IMG/VR virus record: IMGVR_UViG_3300023180_006024
Source: a virus
Direction: 5' to 3' (one strand)
Length of the DNA: 64,000 nt
In this document: positions 45,394 through 56,443 of the stretch, piece by piece
Layout of the letters: every line of letters starts with the position of its first letter
How positions within the stretch are numbered: position 1 is the stretch's first letter
The notes under the pieces: model-generated
The model's input: only the letters and a program-made list of their open reading frames with translations
Told to the model about the DNA's origin: nothing
Databases searched by the model: none
Made by a program: the position numbers and the translations under genes

Positions 45394-47460
45394 ATGGCAG
45401 GCTATGAAGTAAGATTTACAGATTTCACCAACAAAGGAGCAATAACTGTCGATGACAACTCCACAAACAGTGATGAAACATCTATTACATTAATAGGTAG
45501 AAACTTTAGCGACTTTGGCGAACTGTTAAATACAAATCTTCTTCAAATGCTAGAGAACTTTGCTAACGCATCAAGCCCTAGCAATCCTGTTGAAGGGCAA
45601 CTATGGTATGATAATACAACAGGTGTTGATCAACTAAAAGTATATGATGGTGCAGTGTGGGTAAGTGCCGGAGGCATCAAAAAAGCAACTAGTGAACCAG
45701 AAGCAAGTTCTAGCACTATTGGAGATATTTGGGTTGATACTGCAAATAGTCAAGTTTATGTTTATACAGGCAGTGGTTATATTTTAGTTGGTCCAGACTA
45801 TAGCGAAGGTGCTAGTACTGGTGCAAGGTTTGAAGAAGTTATAAACTCTACAAATATTACTGAAAATGTAGTTATTGACAGAGTAAACAATGTTCCAGTT
45901 GCAATCACTGCACAAACTGAGTTTAGTTTAAAAAAGGCCGAAACAGGATTTCCTGTTTCAAATGTTCTTAAAAAAGGTATAAATCTTGCAAACGATGCAA
46001 AACTTTATGGTGTTGCAACAGCAGCAGAAAATCTAGTTATTTCAAATAGCAATATTTCAGCAGCTACTTTTGCAAGAAAAGACATTACAAATAACTTTAC
46101 AAAATCACAAAACATAATTGATAATACTGGTTTGTCTATTGGAGAAAATGGTTTACTAAGATTAAGTATCACAGGTAGTACAGCGCAAATTAGACACACA
46201 GCAACGGATGGTGCATTAGATTTTAAAACTAATGATTCGGGAACTGTGCGCACTGCAATACGTATCACACCAGACAGAAAAGTAGGTATTGCAAACGAAG
46301 CACCTCAAGAGGCATTAGATGTTACAGGCAATGCTCAAGTAAGTGGTACTTTGAAAGTTAATAGTGGTAACGGTAGCACAAGTTTTAGCACTGGTGCACT
46401 AGTTGTGTCAGGAGGACTTGGAGTAAGTCAAAACATGTATCTAGGCGGAAGTTTAGATGTTGCAGAAAGTCTTGTAGCAAAAAACATTACCCCAAAAGAT
46501 AATCTTTCTTATAACTTAGGTACAACTACTTTAAAATATAATAATGTGTATGCAAATAACTTTGTTGGTAATCTTACTGGTACAGTTAACGGTAACATAA
46601 GTGGTACAAGTGCCTCTGCAGGAAAACTAGCTAGTCCTACTACATTTAGAATGTCGGGTCATGTTACTGCACCAGAGTTTACATTTGACGGCAGCGGAAC
46701 TAGCACAAAAGAGTTTGTAACAACTGTTAGTGAGGCATTTATCACTGGACAATCGTTATCAACTACTATCGAAGGCACAGACGATATATTGATTGCCAGA
46801 GGCACAGACATTAAAAGAGTCAAGCAATCAACTTTAGTAAGCACAGTTCCAACTTTTACACTAGGCATGATTATGCCATATGCAGCAGAGGAACTTCCAG
46901 CATCAGAAGTTCTTTGGGTGTTATGTCACGGACAGGAACTTGTAAAAGCAAACTATCAATCACTTTATGATTTGATTGGAGATACATATGGAGCACCCTC
47001 GAGTGCACTCTATTTTAAAGTTCCAGATTTAAGAGGTAGATATGTTTTAGGTCATGTTCCTGACGATGTATCTTATATCGATACAAACCGTGTATATGAT
47101 AAAGCAAGCGAAAGTGATTCGTTTGGTGCTTCAAGTGTGATGGGCACAACAGCAGGTCAAGAAAGTGATTGGATTACAAAGGATCAGCTTCCAAATCACG
47201 AACACAGTTTAGAAGGTGATGCAGCAAATCAATACCTAGCAATGACAAATGCAGGCGATGGATCAGACACTGGTGCCGCAGCTAACAACTTGTTAGGAAA
47301 TACAGCAGGGTACGGAATAGACAGGACAGGCGGTGTTGAAGATGTAACATTCACAACAGAAAATATTGACAATGTCAATCAAGAGGTTGGTACCAAGTTT
47401 AAGGTTACTAGTCCTAGTGTTGTAATGAACTATATCATGTACATTGGACCATCTACATAA
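45394..47460 (+). CDS. Tail fibre protein with a tail-collar domain
   Basis: Collar motif GMIMPYA...WVLCHGQ...LYDLIGDTYG...FKVPDLRGR. N-terminal domain shared with the next two genes. Confidence 0.85.
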   Translation: MAGYEVRFTDFTNKGAITVDDNSTNSDETSITLIGRNFSDFGELLNTNLLQMLENFANASSPSNPVEGQLWYDNTTGVDQLKVYDGAVWVSAGGIKKATSEPEASSSTIGDIWVDTANSQVYVYTGSGYILVGPDYSEGASTGARFEEVINSTNITENVVIDRVNNVPVAITAQTEFSLKKAETGFPVSNVLKKGINLANDAKLYGVATAAENLVISNSNISAATFARKDITNNFTKSQNIIDNTGLSIGENGLLRLSITGSTAQIRHTATDGALDFKTNDSGTVRTAIRITPDRKVGIANEAPQEALDVTGNAQVSGTLKVNSGNGSTSFSTGALVVSGGLGVSQNMYLGGSLDVAESLVAKNITPKDNLSYNLGTTTLKYNNVYANNFVGNLTGTVNGNISGTSASAGKLASPTTFRMSGHVTAPEFTFDGSGTSTKEFVTTVSEAFITGQSLSTTIEGTDDILIARGTDIKRVKQSTLVSTVPTFTLGMIMPYAAEELPASEVLWVLCHGQELVKANYQSLYDLIGDTYGAPSSALYFKVPDLRGRYVLGHVPDDVSYIDTNRVYDKASESDSFGASSVMGTTAGQESDWITKDQLPNHEHSLEGDAANQYLAMTNAGDGSDTGAAANNLLGNTAGYGIDRTGGVEDVTFTTENIDNVNQEVGTKFKVTSPSVVMNYIMYIGPST

Positions 47461-47472
47461 GCAGGAGTAAAT

Positions 47473-49302
47473 ATGAGTTATAAAATAAACAAAACAGACG
47501 GTACATTACTTGTAGATCTTGTAGATGGTAAAATAGATTCAGATTCCATAGATGTAACACTTATAGGTAGAAATACCACAAGTTATGGCGAAGTTATGAA
47601 TGAAAACTTTGTCAAGATATTGGAGAACTTTGCCAATGCAGCCGAACCTGATAATCCACTACGTGGACAAATATGGTACGATACAAGCGATGGACGTTTA
47701 AAAGTATTTGACGGCACAAGATTTAGAAATACAGACACTACAGTTCTTGGAGCAAGTCAACCTACAATGCTTGCAGGCGATATTTGGATTGATAGTGCAA
47801 ATCAACAAATGTATTTTAGTGATGGTGTAGATGTAATACTTGCAGGACCTACGTATACAAGCACACAGGGCTACACAGGAGTTGAACCAGTAACATTAGT
47901 TGACAGATTTGGACAAAGAAAAACTGTAACGATTTACAAGATTGGAAACCAACCTGCAATGTTGATCAGTAGAGAAGCATTTACTGCTGCTTCAACAACT
48001 GACAATCTTACAAAACTCACAGGATTTACAACGGCTATTAAATCGGGTATCACGATTGCAACTGCACTTAGTGATTTTTCTTTTTATGGAAACGCAGATA
48101 GCACAACAAAGTTGAGCGACGGTACTACTACTTTTGTCCCTAATGATTTTTTAATAAAAGCATCAACTAGTACTCAAGAAGTTTCAGCAAGATTGCAAGT
48201 TACCAACATTGAAGGTTTAAAAGTTGGACCAAATCTAGAAATATTACTAAAAGCTGAAACCAATAAGGTTGTATTACGATCTACTTCTAATACAGATGAT
48301 TTAGCGTTACAAGTTACAAGATCTAATGTACCAACAGATGCTATTTTTATAGACAATGATGTGTTTAGATTAGGATTTAAAACTTCAACTCCAGAATATG
48401 ATTTTGATTTTGCTGGAGATATGAGAGTTACAGGCGACCTAACAGTTCAAGGTGACACTACATATATTTCTACACAAACACTACAACTTGAAGATCATCA
48501 GATTGAGTTGGCAGTTGCAGATGATAGTAGTACATATCCTGATAGTGCTGCTATTGATGACGCAGGTATTGTTATTCGCGGCGGTCCTGAAGGTTACGAA
48601 TCTAATACAAAGTCTTGGACTTGGAAAAATGCAACTGACGCTTGGACTCCACATGCCTACATAGATTTACCTTCTGGATATCATTATAAAATAGGCGGAT
48701 CTGAAGTGCTATCATCAACTGCACTTGCAACAAGTGTTACTAGTGCATTAGGCATAACACAGATTGGTACATTAACAGAACTTACAGTTGATAACTTTAC
48801 TTTTAACAGTAGTACATTAACAATGGCTACTCCTTTAACTCTTACAATCGGCGGCGATATTACATTTACAAATGAAAACAAGTTACTTAATGTAGGAACA
48901 CCAGATGTTAGCGATGATCCAAACACTGCTGCAACAAAAGAATATGTTGATAATGCATCATTAGAACGTGACGAAGCATTTTCTTTAGATACAACAGGAT
49001 TAACAGACGTACAAATAGCTGATGTTATTGAAGATTTATTTCCAGCTATAACAAAAAACCCTGGAGTATATTGTAAAGTGCATTGTACTAGTTATAGTGG
49101 TACATACGCTTATGACGCAGGCGATGGACTTACAAAAAGTTTTGTTACAGTTGACAAAAACGGCGTTGAAAACCAAAGTGTTTTACAAGACGTTGCATTT
49201 GCTGAACAAACAAACCAAACTGTTACACTCACAGTAACACGAACATTAAAAAGATTTGTAGTAAACGGTGCTCAGCAATGGGAGTTTGATACGGATTTAT
49301 AG
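47473..49302 (+). CDS. Tail fibre/baseplate-attached protein
   Basis: N-terminal LIGRN...YGE..NENF..ILENFA...GQIWYD is paralogous to its neighbours. Confidence 0.75.
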   Translation: MSYKINKTDGTLLVDLVDGKIDSDSIDVTLIGRNTTSYGEVMNENFVKILENFANAAEPDNPLRGQIWYDTSDGRLKVFDGTRFRNTDTTVLGASQPTMLAGDIWIDSANQQMYFSDGVDVILAGPTYTSTQGYTGVEPVTLVDRFGQRKTVTIYKIGNQPAMLISREAFTAASTTDNLTKLTGFTTAIKSGITIATALSDFSFYGNADSTTKLSDGTTTFVPNDFLIKASTSTQEVSARLQVTNIEGLKVGPNLEILLKAETNKVVLRSTSNTDDLALQVTRSNVPTDAIFIDNDVFRLGFKTSTPEYDFDFAGDMRVTGDLTVQGDTTYISTQTLQLEDHQIELAVADDSSTYPDSAAIDDAGIVIRGGPEGYESNTKSWTWKNATDAWTPHAYIDLPSGYHYKIGGSEVLSSTALATSVTSALGITQIGTLTELTVDNFTFNSSTLTMATPLTLTIGGDITFTNENKLLNVGTPDVSDDPNTAATKEYVDNASLERDEAFSLDTTGLTDVQIADVIEDLFPAITKNPGVYCKVHCTSYSGTYAYDAGDGLTKSFVTVDKNGVENQSVLQDVAFAEQTNQTVTLTVTRTLKRFVVNGAQQWEFDTDL

Positions 49303-49352
49303 TTTCCAGCGTATAACTGGTAAATACATAAACATAACAAGGTTAGGTAACT

Positions 49353-50921
49353 ATGGCATATACAATTAATAGATTCAATGGAACTGTTCTTACAAGTGTT
49401 GAAGACGGAACAGTTGATCAAACAACAGATTTAAAACTGATAGGTAAAAACTATTCAGGATATGGTGAAGCACAAAACGAAAACTTTTTGTTTTTATTGG
49501 AAAACTTTTCAGGAACTGCTGCACCAACAAAACCTATTACTGGTCAACTATGGTTTGACAACAGTGGTAATAGACTGAAAGTTTATGATGGTACACAATG
49601 GAAAGGTACAGGTGGTGCCGAGGTAGCCGCTGCTACTCCAACTAGTAGAGCAGAAGGTGATTTATGGTGGAATACAACAACTGATCAGCTTTATGGTTTA
49701 AATGAATCTAACACTTGGGTATTGATTGGACCGCAAAAAGCAGGCACAGGTACAACTTCTATGCAAAGTTTTACAATCTTTGAAGACAGTACAGGTGTAG
49801 CTAAATCAGTGATTGCAGCCGTAACAAACAATAAAATCGTATCTATTATTAGTCCTAACAATGATTTTGTTCCTGCTGTTAATACATTACAAACAGAAAT
49901 ACCTGCAGAAATAAAAACTGCCACAGGTGAACTAAAAACTGCTGGTGTATTTCCTACAATCAAAAAAGGTATCACATTATTTGGTGCAGCATCTGACGGT
50001 AACACATATACATCGGATCATTATTTTTGGGGAACAGCAGCCGCAGCTAATGGTCTAGTTGACGGTTCTGGTGTATATCACGCAGAAAATGAATATGTTA
50101 AAACAGCGTCTTTAGATTTTAGATCAGGTGCAACTGCTGCACAGTTTCCAGATCAAGGATTTACAGTAGGTACTGATAATGCAGATATTACAATGCGTAT
50201 TAGACAGGCAGGAGATCCAAGCGGTGACGGCGTAACAGGAGACACTCCTGTGCTAGAGTTAGATCATAATATGCTTGAGTTTTTATCAAGTGGTGCAAGC
50301 ACAACTATTGCTACACTTACAAATACTCATTTTTATCCATTTGGAAACTCAACTTATACATTAGGTAAAAGCACAAACAAGTTTTTAAATGTACACGCAA
50401 CAACATTTACTGGTCAAGCAACTGCTGCTGATACATTATCAGTAGGTGGTACAAACAGAAGTGCTGCAACTGCTGCAACACCAAATACTATTGCTGCACG
50501 TGATGGCAGCGGAAACATTACAGCAAATGTTTTCACTGGTACTGCAACAAAAGCTCGATATGCTGACCTTGCAGAAAAGTACACAGTAGAAGAAGGTGTA
50601 GAGCATCCGGTAGGAACAGTTATGATGGTTGGCAAAAACAGCAAGTTTGAGATTGAGCCATATCAACTTGGGGGTGTAGCAGTTGGTGTTATAAGTGAAA
50701 AACCTGCTTACCTTATGAATGAAGATTGTGATGGACAGCCTATTGCATTAAAAGGTCGTGTTCCTGTTAAAGTTGTATTTCCGGTAGGAAAAGGACAAAA
50801 ACTTTACGGTTGGTCAGATGGCACTGCATCTACTATTCCTACTGACACAGTTGTAGGTGTAGCTTTAGAATCAAATACAGCTCAAGAAGAGAAATTAGTT
50901 GAGGTATTACTACAGGTATAA
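49353..50921 (+). CDS. Tail fibre protein with a C-terminal intramolecular-chaperone-like (peptidase G2-like) domain
   Basis: Same N-terminal domain as its neighbours. C-terminal YADLAEKY...GVIS..PAYLMN...IALKGRVPVKV. Confidence 0.75.
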   Translation: MAYTINRFNGTVLTSVEDGTVDQTTDLKLIGKNYSGYGEAQNENFLFLLENFSGTAAPTKPITGQLWFDNSGNRLKVYDGTQWKGTGGAEVAAATPTSRAEGDLWWNTTTDQLYGLNESNTWVLIGPQKAGTGTTSMQSFTIFEDSTGVAKSVIAAVTNNKIVSIISPNNDFVPAVNTLQTEIPAEIKTATGELKTAGVFPTIKKGITLFGAASDGNTYTSDHYFWGTAAAANGLVDGSGVYHAENEYVKTASLDFRSGATAAQFPDQGFTVGTDNADITMRIRQAGDPSGDGVTGDTPVLELDHNMLEFLSSGASTTIATLTNTHFYPFGNSTYTLGKSTNKFLNVHATTFTGQATAADTLSVGGTNRSAATAATPNTIAARDGSGNITANVFTGTATKARYADLAEKYTVEEGVEHPVGTVMMVGKNSKFEIEPYQLGGVAVGVISEKPAYLMNEDCDGQPIALKGRVPVKVVFPVGKGQKLYGWSDGTASTIPTDTVVGVALESNTAQEEKLVEVLLQV

Positions 50922-50942
50922 ATACCCTAGTAAAGGAATGAT

Positions 50943-51830
50943 ATGGCAGTAGGAGAAATAATCACAGTAACTAGGTACAACCAAATGCAAGCAAAGGTTG
51001 CTCTAGTTTACGGAAATGGTTCAGGTACATATGGATATGGACAAACACTGAATAGTTCAGCAGTATCAACCTCAGATACTGTGAATGCTTTTCATATGAC
51101 AAACTTAAAATCAGATATGACTAATGCTAGAGTGCACCAAACAGGTGCTGCACCTACTTTGTCTAATGTAGTAGCCCAAGAAGATATCACTGATGCAGTG
51201 TATGCACAGTATGAAACTCAATCGACAAACATTTTAAATGACGCTGCTCTTATATTTGCAACAACACAAGCAAGTGCAGAAGATAAACTTACTACTCAAA
51301 GAACAACAAACTGGGGCGGCACTTCTGAAGTGCAAAGTGTAGAGCATCATTTTACAGTTACATTTAATTCAGAAGATCATAGAAGACATTTTTTTAATAG
51401 TGGCGGAGAAATACGTTTGACTGCTAGTTTAACTGGTGGCACAGGTTCTAAATACACAGAATGGAACGGTATGCTGTCTGCTCTAGGTACAATAAAAGTT
51501 ACATCGCAAAATACTACTGCTGATAGCGGCACTAGTTCTGGATTAGGAAACTTTGATTTAACAACATCGTATCAAACTTTACTTATAAAAACAGGTAGTG
51601 GTGTATATGTCGATAATGACTATACACTTAAAGCAAAAGCAAATGGAGCAGTGATTACATTTGTTGCAGAATTTAATGATGATGCAGCAGGCAGCGGTGC
51701 TGGCGGCCATGGTCCTATAGACGAATCAGTAACTGGCACACTTACAAGTTCTGTAAGTCAACTTAGAGCAACAGGTTCGTATGTTGAGGTAGCCACTCCA
51801 ATATATAATACAACAACATCTTTAGCTTGA
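50943..51830 (+). CDS. Virion structural protein (paralogue of the next gene)
   Basis: TATAAATA at 50917-50924. T/S/G-rich. Shares QRTTxWGGxSEVQSV and KTGSGVYxDNDYT with 51875..52894. Confidence 0.75.
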   Translation: MAVGEIITVTRYNQMQAKVALVYGNGSGTYGYGQTLNSSAVSTSDTVNAFHMTNLKSDMTNARVHQTGAAPTLSNVVAQEDITDAVYAQYETQSTNILNDAALIFATTQASAEDKLTTQRTTNWGGTSEVQSVEHHFTVTFNSEDHRRHFFNSGGEIRLTASLTGGTGSKYTEWNGMLSALGTIKVTSQNTTADSGTSSGLGNFDLTTSYQTLLIKTGSGVYVDNDYTLKAKANGAVITFVAEFNDDAAGSGAGGHGPIDESVTGTLTSSVSQLRATGSYVEVATPIYNTTTSLA

Positions 51831-51874
51831 CAAAACTGTTTTAATATGTAATAAATGTACAAAGGAGAATAGTT

Positions 51875-52894
51875 TTGGTAGCAACTGGCGGAAAAATCTT
51901 AGCAACTGATTACAATAGTATGCGTACTAATGTAACTGGTATTTTGGTTGCTTTGTGGGGCCAGAGTGCAACTAGTAGCAACGTATCTGCTACAGTTGAC
52001 AGCGTTACCGAGGACCAACTATTTGATTTATATATTGATATACAAAAAGTTTCAGTACATCAAACTGGTGCTTTAGATGCTACTATAGCTGCTGTTAGTG
52101 CAGGAAACACTATCGGCGCAGATACTAGTTTCAACTTTAATACATCTACTGGTACTAAAACAGCTATCACAGATGGTACGTTAATGGGATTTAATGACTA
52201 TATTAATGCTGTGACAACAATACAAAACTTTGATGATGAAGTAACAGGTTATCCCCCTCCTAACTTTGATATTAGTTCTCCAGAAACTAGCCAAAGAACT
52301 ACTCAATGGGGCGGAGCAAGCGAAGTACAAAGTGTTTATCATGTAATGACTGTAACATGGACTAATGCATCACAAAGAGCATTTTTCTTCAATGCAGGTG
52401 GATCTATCAAGTTTGATGCAAGTCTAACAGGTTCAAGTGGTGCAAAAGGCACAGATTGGGCAAGTATGCTGTCTGCAATGGCAACTATTGATTTTGACAA
52501 ATATGCAACAACTGCATCAAGTGGTACACCAGCATTAAACAGCGGTTTTGATGATCTAACTTCGAACTATCAGATTATTTTTACAAAAACAGGTAGTGGC
52601 GTATACGCAGATAACGATTATACAATATCTGCACGTTTAGATGGTACCACTGCTGTAAGATTTAGAATCGAGTTTAATGACGGCGATGTTGGTGAAGGTG
52701 GTCAAGGGATCGGCGGAGTTAATGATCCTATTGACGAAACTGTAACAGGAACACTAACAAGCAATGTTCGTACTAGTACACCAAATAGTAGTTTTACAGT
52801 TAATGCAGTAAACTATACAGCTTGTAGTCTTACAGCACCCACAATGTCTACAAGCACAAACATTTCTCAAGATTTAAGTACTCCTCCTACATAA
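51875..52894 (+). CDS. Virion structural protein (paralogue of the previous gene)
   Basis: TTG start after AAGGAG. Shared motifs as above. Confidence 0.75.
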   Translation: MVATGGKILATDYNSMRTNVTGILVALWGQSATSSNVSATVDSVTEDQLFDLYIDIQKVSVHQTGALDATIAAVSAGNTIGADTSFNFNTSTGTKTAITDGTLMGFNDYINAVTTIQNFDDEVTGYPPPNFDISSPETSQRTTQWGGASEVQSVYHVMTVTWTNASQRAFFFNAGGSIKFDASLTGSSGAKGTDWASMLSAMATIDFDKYATTASSGTPALNSGFDDLTSNYQIIFTKTGSGVYADNDYTISARLDGTTAVRFRIEFNDGDVGEGGQGIGGVNDPIDETVTGTLTSNVRTSTPNSSFTVNAVNYTACSLTAPTMSTSTNISQDLSTPPT

Positions 52895-52897
52895 AAC

Positions 52898-52926
52898 TTG
52901 ACTTTTTGTTTTCACTAATATATAAT
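52898..52926 (+). promoter_or_regulatory. Near-consensus sigma70-type promoter of the modification operon
   Basis: TTGACT (52898-52903), 17 nt, TATAAT (52921-52926). Confidence 0.85.
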
Positions 52927-52946
52927 AATTTAAAAGGAGTTCTTCA

Positions 52947-53294
52947 ATGGATGAAAGACTAGAAAAAGCTCTTGACTTCAGTAACTATATGATTACTTTA
53001 GACAATACAAAAAGAGTTTTAAAAGAACAATATCAAGATGATCTATTACATTTTTGTAATGGTGGGCAGTTTACAGTAACTCCTGGACTTGTAAGTTTTT
53101 GTCAAAGTTTATTAGCACTAGGGCAAGAAGAAACTGTGATTATTGATGATAATGATATTCCTATTCATATTGAAGATTTAAAAAAGTTTGCTAATGAAAT
53201 GGTTAATGTTTACACAAAAGCTGCAAACAAGTATATTACAGAATATAACAAGTTAAAAGTAAACAGAACAGTTGAAGGTATTATTGAAGTATGA
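52947..53294 (+). CDS. Hypothetical protein (115 aa)
   Basis: AAGGAG RBS. First gene of a chain of overlapping ORFs. Confidence 0.75.
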   Translation: MDERLEKALDFSNYMITLDNTKRVLKEQYQDDLLHFCNGGQFTVTPGLVSFCQSLLALGQEETVIIDDNDIPIHIEDLKKFANEMVNVYTKAANKYITEYNKLKVNRTVEGIIEV

Positions 53295-54136
53295 GTCAAG
53301 GTGTTGTACTTATAGCTAGAAATAATACCGAAATCGACTATATTAAGCAAGCAGTTTTTCTTGCAAAACGTATAAGCAAGTATTTAAACTTGCCCACAAC
53401 ATTGATCACTGATAACATTGAATATCTACACAAAACTTATCCAAAAGATATAGATGTATTTGATAAAGTTATTGAGATTGACAATGATAAAAAGTATAGT
53501 TACAAAAAATATTTTGATGGTATTTTTTCAAAAAAACAACTAGAGTTTAAAAATGGAAATCGTAGTAGTGTATATGATTTAACACCATATGAAGAAACAT
53601 TATTACTAGACACTGATTTTGTAGTATCTAATAATATTTTTAAAAATTGTTTTAACCAATCTAAAGATTTTTTGATATATGATTCTGCTTATGATTTTGC
53701 AGGGTGGAGAGATCCTAACGAGTTTACATATATAAGCGAAATAGGACCAAAGTTTTATTGGGCAACTTGTGTATTTTTTAGAAAGACTGAGCAAAATAAA
53801 ATATTTTTTGATTTAGTATCGCACATACAAGATCATTATGCACATTACAGAAATCTATACAAATTAAATACAAATGTATTTAGAAATGATCATGCATTTA
53901 GTATTGCAATACATATTATGAATGGATTTACAGATAATAACTTTGCAGGTAAAATGCCAGGAACAATGTATTATTGCACTGACAAAGACGTACTTTTAGA
54001 TTTACGAGAAGACAACTTTTTGTTTTTAGTTCAAAAAAGAAATGAAAGTAACGAATATACTCCTTTAAGAATAAAAGGTAGTAATGTGCATGTTATAAAC
54101 AAGTACAGTTTGAATAGGATTATTGATAATGCCTAA
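53291..54136 (+). CDS. GT-A fold (GT8-like) putative glycosyltransferase
   Basis: YDLTPYEETLLLDTD (DxD motif), YWATCVFFRK and FRND. Confidence 0.7.
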   Translation: MSQGVVLIARNNTEIDYIKQAVFLAKRISKYLNLPTTLITDNIEYLHKTYPKDIDVFDKVIEIDNDKKYSYKKYFDGIFSKKQLEFKNGNRSSVYDLTPYEETLLLDTDFVVSNNIFKNCFNQSKDFLIYDSAYDFAGWRDPNEFTYISEIGPKFYWATCVFFRKTEQNKIFFDLVSHIQDHYAHYRNLYKLNTNVFRNDHAFSIAIHIMNGFTDNNFAGKMPGTMYYCTDKDVLLDLREDNFLFLVQKRNESNEYTPLRIKGSNVHVINKYSLNRIIDNA

Positions 54137-54959
54137 CTTTACTATGTTAGCAGAAAATAAAAACAGTGATTATATAAAGCAAGCCTATCTTGCTGCATGT
54201 AGTATTAAACGATATAATAAAAATGCAAATATCTGTTTGATTACAAATGATGAAGTAAGTGCAAAACAAAAAGCAGTATTTGATGAGATTGTAGATATTC
54301 CGTGGTATAGCGAAACTGAATCTAGATTTAGTGCTGAACACAGATGGAAAGTGTATCATGCTACACCGTTTGATAAAACATTTGTATTAGACACAGATGT
54401 ATTAGTTTTAGAAAATATTGAACACTGGTGGAACTTTTTAGAAAAGAAAGATTTGTATTTTACATCAAATGTAAAAACTTACAGAGGAACAAAATACACA
54501 ACTAACTACTACAGGCAATCATTTAGAACACATCAACTTCCTGATATTTATTGTGCATTATATTATTTTAAAAAGTGTGACTTTTCGCATAAGTTTTTTA
54601 AACTACTAGAAATGATAATGAATAACTGGGAGATGTTTTATGGACAGTTTGCAGGAGGTAAATACTTTCAGAAGTTTCCAAGTATGGATGTAAGTTGTGC
54701 TATTGCTGTAAAGTTGCTTAACATTGATAAACAAGTAACTAGTAATACAAGTTTTCCTAATATTACACACATGAAGTTGCACGGACAAGATTGGTGGGAT
54801 ATTAAGACCGAGACATGGCAAGATAAAGTTGGCGTGTATTTAGATAACGATTGCGACTTGTTTATTGGTAACTACAAACAATCTGGTGTTTTTCATTATA
54901 CTGAAAAAGACTTCCTTACTGACGAAATAGTTGAGATATTTGAAAAAGGAATAGCATGA
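54129..54959 (+). CDS. GT-A fold (GT8-like) putative glycosyltransferase, paralogue of the previous gene
   Basis: YHATPFDKTFVLDTD (DxD motif) and THMK. Confidence 0.7.
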   Translation: MPNFTMLAENKNSDYIKQAYLAACSIKRYNKNANICLITNDEVSAKQKAVFDEIVDIPWYSETESRFSAEHRWKVYHATPFDKTFVLDTDVLVLENIEHWWNFLEKKDLYFTSNVKTYRGTKYTTNYYRQSFRTHQLPDIYCALYYFKKCDFSHKFFKLLEMIMNNWEMFYGQFAGGKYFQKFPSMDVSCAIAVKLLNIDKQVTSNTSFPNITHMKLHGQDWWDIKTETWQDKVGVYLDNDCDLFIGNYKQSGVFHYTEKDFLTDEIVEIFEKGIA

Positions 54960-55528
54960 GCGTATTTGTAAATGTTGACAAATATGTGTCATTTGATGAA
55001 AATGGCACACTCTTAGGTATTTACAACAGAGAACCTACTGATGCAAACTACATCAAAGTAGAGCCTAGTGATGTGGAAACATTAATCACAGGTAAAGAGC
55101 AGTTTAGACATTATCTAGTTATATTTGATAGTGATCAAAAAAAGCATGTTCTAAAACATATCTATAATGAAGATAACTACATGCCAAATATCAATGATCA
55201 AATATTTAAACTTCCTAGAACAAAAAACAATCCAGACTTAACTGTAACACAAGACATAAAAAATAAAAAATGGACATTTACAGTTGCAGAAGAAATATGC
55301 GAAAACTTTAGAAAAAATAACTTAAACTTTAACCAAGTAATGGGTTTTAGTATTACACGTAAAAATAATCCAAATCATTTACATCGTTTTTTTACTATTG
55401 ACATTTCTAGTGTGATTACAGGTGATTATTCTATTGACTTTGACAGCGATTTAGAACTTGACCCTGACGGGTTTAGCGTGTATACTTCTAAGAGACTAGA
55501 AAGTTATTATCACGAGGTATTACTATGA
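54956..55528 (+). CDS. Hypothetical protein (190 aa)
   Basis: ATGA overlaps with the genes on both sides. Confidence 0.7.
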   Translation: MSVFVNVDKYVSFDENGTLLGIYNREPTDANYIKVEPSDVETLITGKEQFRHYLVIFDSDQKKHVLKHIYNEDNYMPNINDQIFKLPRTKNNPDLTVTQDIKNKKWTFTVAEEICENFRKNNLNFNQVMGFSITRKNNPNHLHRFFTIDISSVITGDYSIDFDSDLELDPDGFSVYTSKRLESYYHEVLL

Positions 55529-56442
55529 CTGAATTTAGGGTATTAGATTATGATATAATTTACCTAAGCTATGATGAGCCAAATGCTGAAAAGAACTATG
55601 CAGACTTGTGCAAAAAGATTCCTTGGGCAAAAAGAGTACATGGTGTTAAAGGTAGCGATGCAGCACACAAAGCCTGTGCTGAGTTATCAGAATCTGATAG
55701 ATTTATTACAGTTGACGGTGATAATATTATTAATCCTGACTTCTTAACAAAAAGTTTTAATTTAGATGATCACGAAGATGGACATTGGAATAAAAATGTT
55801 AGTTTAGATGAATGTGTAATCAGTTGGAGTGCAAAAAACACAATCAACGGATTAGAGTATGGCAACGGTGGTATCAAATGCTGGCCTAAGCAAAAAGTAT
55901 TAACCATGCGTACTCACGAAAATGCTGATCCTAATAATGCACATGCACAAGTTGATTTTTGTTGGGATATTGAATACATTCAGATGAATGGTTGTTATAG
56001 TGAAATAATGAATAACGGATCTCCTCAACAAGCATGGAGAGCAGGTTTTCGTGAAGGTGTAAAGATGGCACTTGATAGAGGACTAAAGCCGACAGTAGAA
56101 GAGTTTCAGAAGAATCATTGGAAGAACTTGCATAGATTATATGTTTGGTTAATGGTAGGTGCAGATGTTGAAAACGGTGATTGGGCAACCTATGGTGCAA
56201 GAGAAGGCTTGTATAAAACTATGTGTACTGATTGGGACTTTGTAAATGTGCGTGACTTTGATTGGTTAAATGAATATTGGGATAATAAAGATATTTCAGA
56301 TATTGATCAACAATCACAAGAACTTGGATACAAGTTGATCGAAGAACTTGAGTTGCCTATTGCTGCTGAGCCATTAAACGGCAATCAAAGTTTGTTCTTT
56401 AAAACTGTATACACCAATCCGCCTAGAACAGCAAAGAGATAA
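55525..56442 (+). CDS. GT-A-like putative glycosyltransferase
   Basis: Motifs IIYLSYDEP, RFITVDGDN (DxD), YGNGGIKCWP and AWRAGFREGVK. Confidence 0.55.
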   Translation: MTEFRVLDYDIIYLSYDEPNAEKNYADLCKKIPWAKRVHGVKGSDAAHKACAELSESDRFITVDGDNIINPDFLTKSFNLDDHEDGHWNKNVSLDECVISWSAKNTINGLEYGNGGIKCWPKQKVLTMRTHENADPNNAHAQVDFCWDIEYIQMNGCYSEIMNNGSPQQAWRAGFREGVKMALDRGLKPTVEEFQKNHWKNLHRLYVWLMVGADVENGDWATYGAREGLYKTMCTDWDFVNVRDFDWLNEYWDNKDISDIDQQSQELGYKLIEELELPIAAEPLNGNQSLFFKTVYTNPPRTAKR

Positions 56443-56443
56443 T

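Noticed and set aside
51827-51856. TTGACA-based sigma70 promoter before 51875
   Set aside because: There is no good -10 element at 17-nt spacing, so it was left uncalled.
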